This document shows positions 62,270-64,000 of a stretch of 64,000 nt of DNA, one piece after another. The first letter of the stretch is position 1, and every line of letters starts with the position of its first letter. The translations under genes and the position numbers were made by a program. The notes under the pieces are model-generated. The model saw only the letters and a list, made by a program, of their open reading frames with translations, was not told the origin of the DNA and did not search any database. This DNA comes from Chrysomallon squamiferum (lineage: Eukaryota; Animalia; Mollusca): the NCBI GenBank assembly GCA_012295275.1, contig CM022665.1, positions 4,464,001-4,528,000 of the forward strand, read 5' to 3'.

Positions 62270-64000
62270 CGCGTGCGTTTAACACTTAGTGTGTCTAACA
62301 GACAAAAATATCACTTGCGCGCGCACGTACAAAACAAAGTATATTACGATAACAGAAACGTGTGTTGAGGTGTCGTTAAAGACGACATATTTATGGTATG
62401 TGATCGTGTTACAAGCCAGCCTTAACTTCAGTGACCTGAGATAGTAAGTTCACGGTCGTGTTAATTTGATATGAAGTCGAAATTCCCTGTTTACGCAGCT
62501 TAATGTTATGTTGGTGTATTAGTGCACTAGAAAACAGAACACTTACAATAATAATTAAACAGAGGAATGAAGATCAGGATTTACAAATAAATGTATAAAG
62601 ACATCACCGCTGTGCAGTACTGTTAGGTAAACTGAAAATTTCATACTGATATATAAATAAGCCTAATTAGAATTATATGTCAAAGCATAGGAGACAAAAA
62701 GTGTTTGTGTGTATGTATGTGAGTGTGTATGTGTTTGAAATAAAGCGAGGAAACGAGTCAGTCCTCGTACTTAAGAAAAGAAAAATATTTACTTGGAAAT
62801 CTTTTAATCACATTGCTTATACGCACTTGTCGCATGATGAAGTACCCAATTTATGCGATAACCACAGTTGTATCTTGGAGATGGATTAGAGATTTTAGAG
62901 AAAAACGACGCAACCTTAAAGTACTTGCTTACTTCTGTTACGAAAAATAAAATAAATCTTTATGGAATTCAAAAGTGTTGGCAATACAAAAGTATGCCGT
63001 TGACTTTTATTTTCTTCTTACGACTTAAAGAGCAAATTCCTGGCTGTACAAAGACATTAAGTTCCCAAGCTAATATTTATTTGTCGTGAAAAACTATTCT
63101 GTCGTTATTTAATACTGTTAGACATTACTCGTCTGGCGTCTTTAAATTTCAAAGGTCTAGAACGTGTTTTCTCTAACGGTAACATATATTAGTTTAGTGG
63201 GTAATAGCTGTTGATAAAAACTGTTTACAGAACTTATCCCCTTTCACGTGAACACGGGAATATTCTATAAGTAAGTAGACCTCGCTTTTAAACCTAAATG
63301 GACTTTGTACGTTTTTATTTCATTCCTTTTTCTTTTTACTTGTTTTCTTTTTTTTCTTCTCCACTGTTATTTTAAATTTCCTTTACAACAGACACTTGTT
63401 CGCTGATGTGGGCCTGTGTGCATTTAATCACTTAACGGGGAAAAATAAAAAAAAAAAAAGATGTTGGGTTTTCGCAAATACTTTAACCTTAAGACTTGGC
63501 ACAGTATTAATGTATGAAAAGTTAATTGGAAAGAAAATCCATGGAACACGAACTCTATCGTGGAGAGAAGACTATTGTAACGCGTGAGTTACAATAATTA
63601 ACGTGTGCTGATAAGAAAGGAACACTGAAAAAAAAAAAAAAAAAAAAAAAAGAAATCTTAGTTATTTAAGAAATCGGATACAGGGAAATCAACTCTTTCG
63701 ATGTGTGAACTTTCAAAAACAGTACAGTTTATAGGTATTTCTCTTGATGTAAGTGAAAAAGGAATTTCTGTGCCTAAGTCGTTTGTAAATATATTTCATA
63801 TATCTCGATCGTATAGTTTAAAAGAAACACTGCAGAATGATTTGTTTTTTTTTAAAACAAAACAATTAAATTACTGTTAATTAAATTATTCTTAACATGT
63901 TTTGCATAATAATGAGGCGTAATACGTCAAGTATACTAGCTTTTACTTTAACAAGCCAGTCGTGTTCTAATGTATAACACAAACGTGAATTTTCTTGACT

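Noticed and set aside
61000-64000. Short ORFs downstream of WARS2
   Set aside because: No recognisable motifs or consistent exon chain. Treated as UTR or intergenic sequence.

Overview
AT-rich, microsatellite-dense, intron-containing animal DNA. It looks lophotrochozoan or mollusc-like, but that is an inference. (1) 1-19.6 kb is a tandem segmental duplication with two full ~9.3-10.1 kb units plus the tail of a third. Each unit holds a decayed SMARCAD1-like fragment, an inverted relic exon, a small spliced gene missed by the ORF track, and the 3' part of an ATP-grasp ligase. The small gene encodes signal peptide + cationic W/R/H-rich peptide + dibasic site + acidic EF-hand tail, a candidate antimicrobial peptide precursor whose predicted mature region is hypervariable between copies. 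(2) The intact ATP-grasp gene (18942-19862) has an intronless, bacterial-looking CDS but apparently a eukaryotic TATA promoter and a 5'UTR intron containing a Tigger-like element. (3) A minus-strand LRRC74-like gene (23.3-48.6 kb) has a ~17 kb intron hosting a nested, opposite-strand gene for a secreted protein with 13 ShKT domains and a mucin-like segment. (4) A second secreted ShKT gene follows at 50.1-54.0 kb. (5) Mitochondrial tryptophanyl-tRNA synthetase WARS2 lies at 56.0-60.9 kb. All gene models were read by eye and no database search was run.
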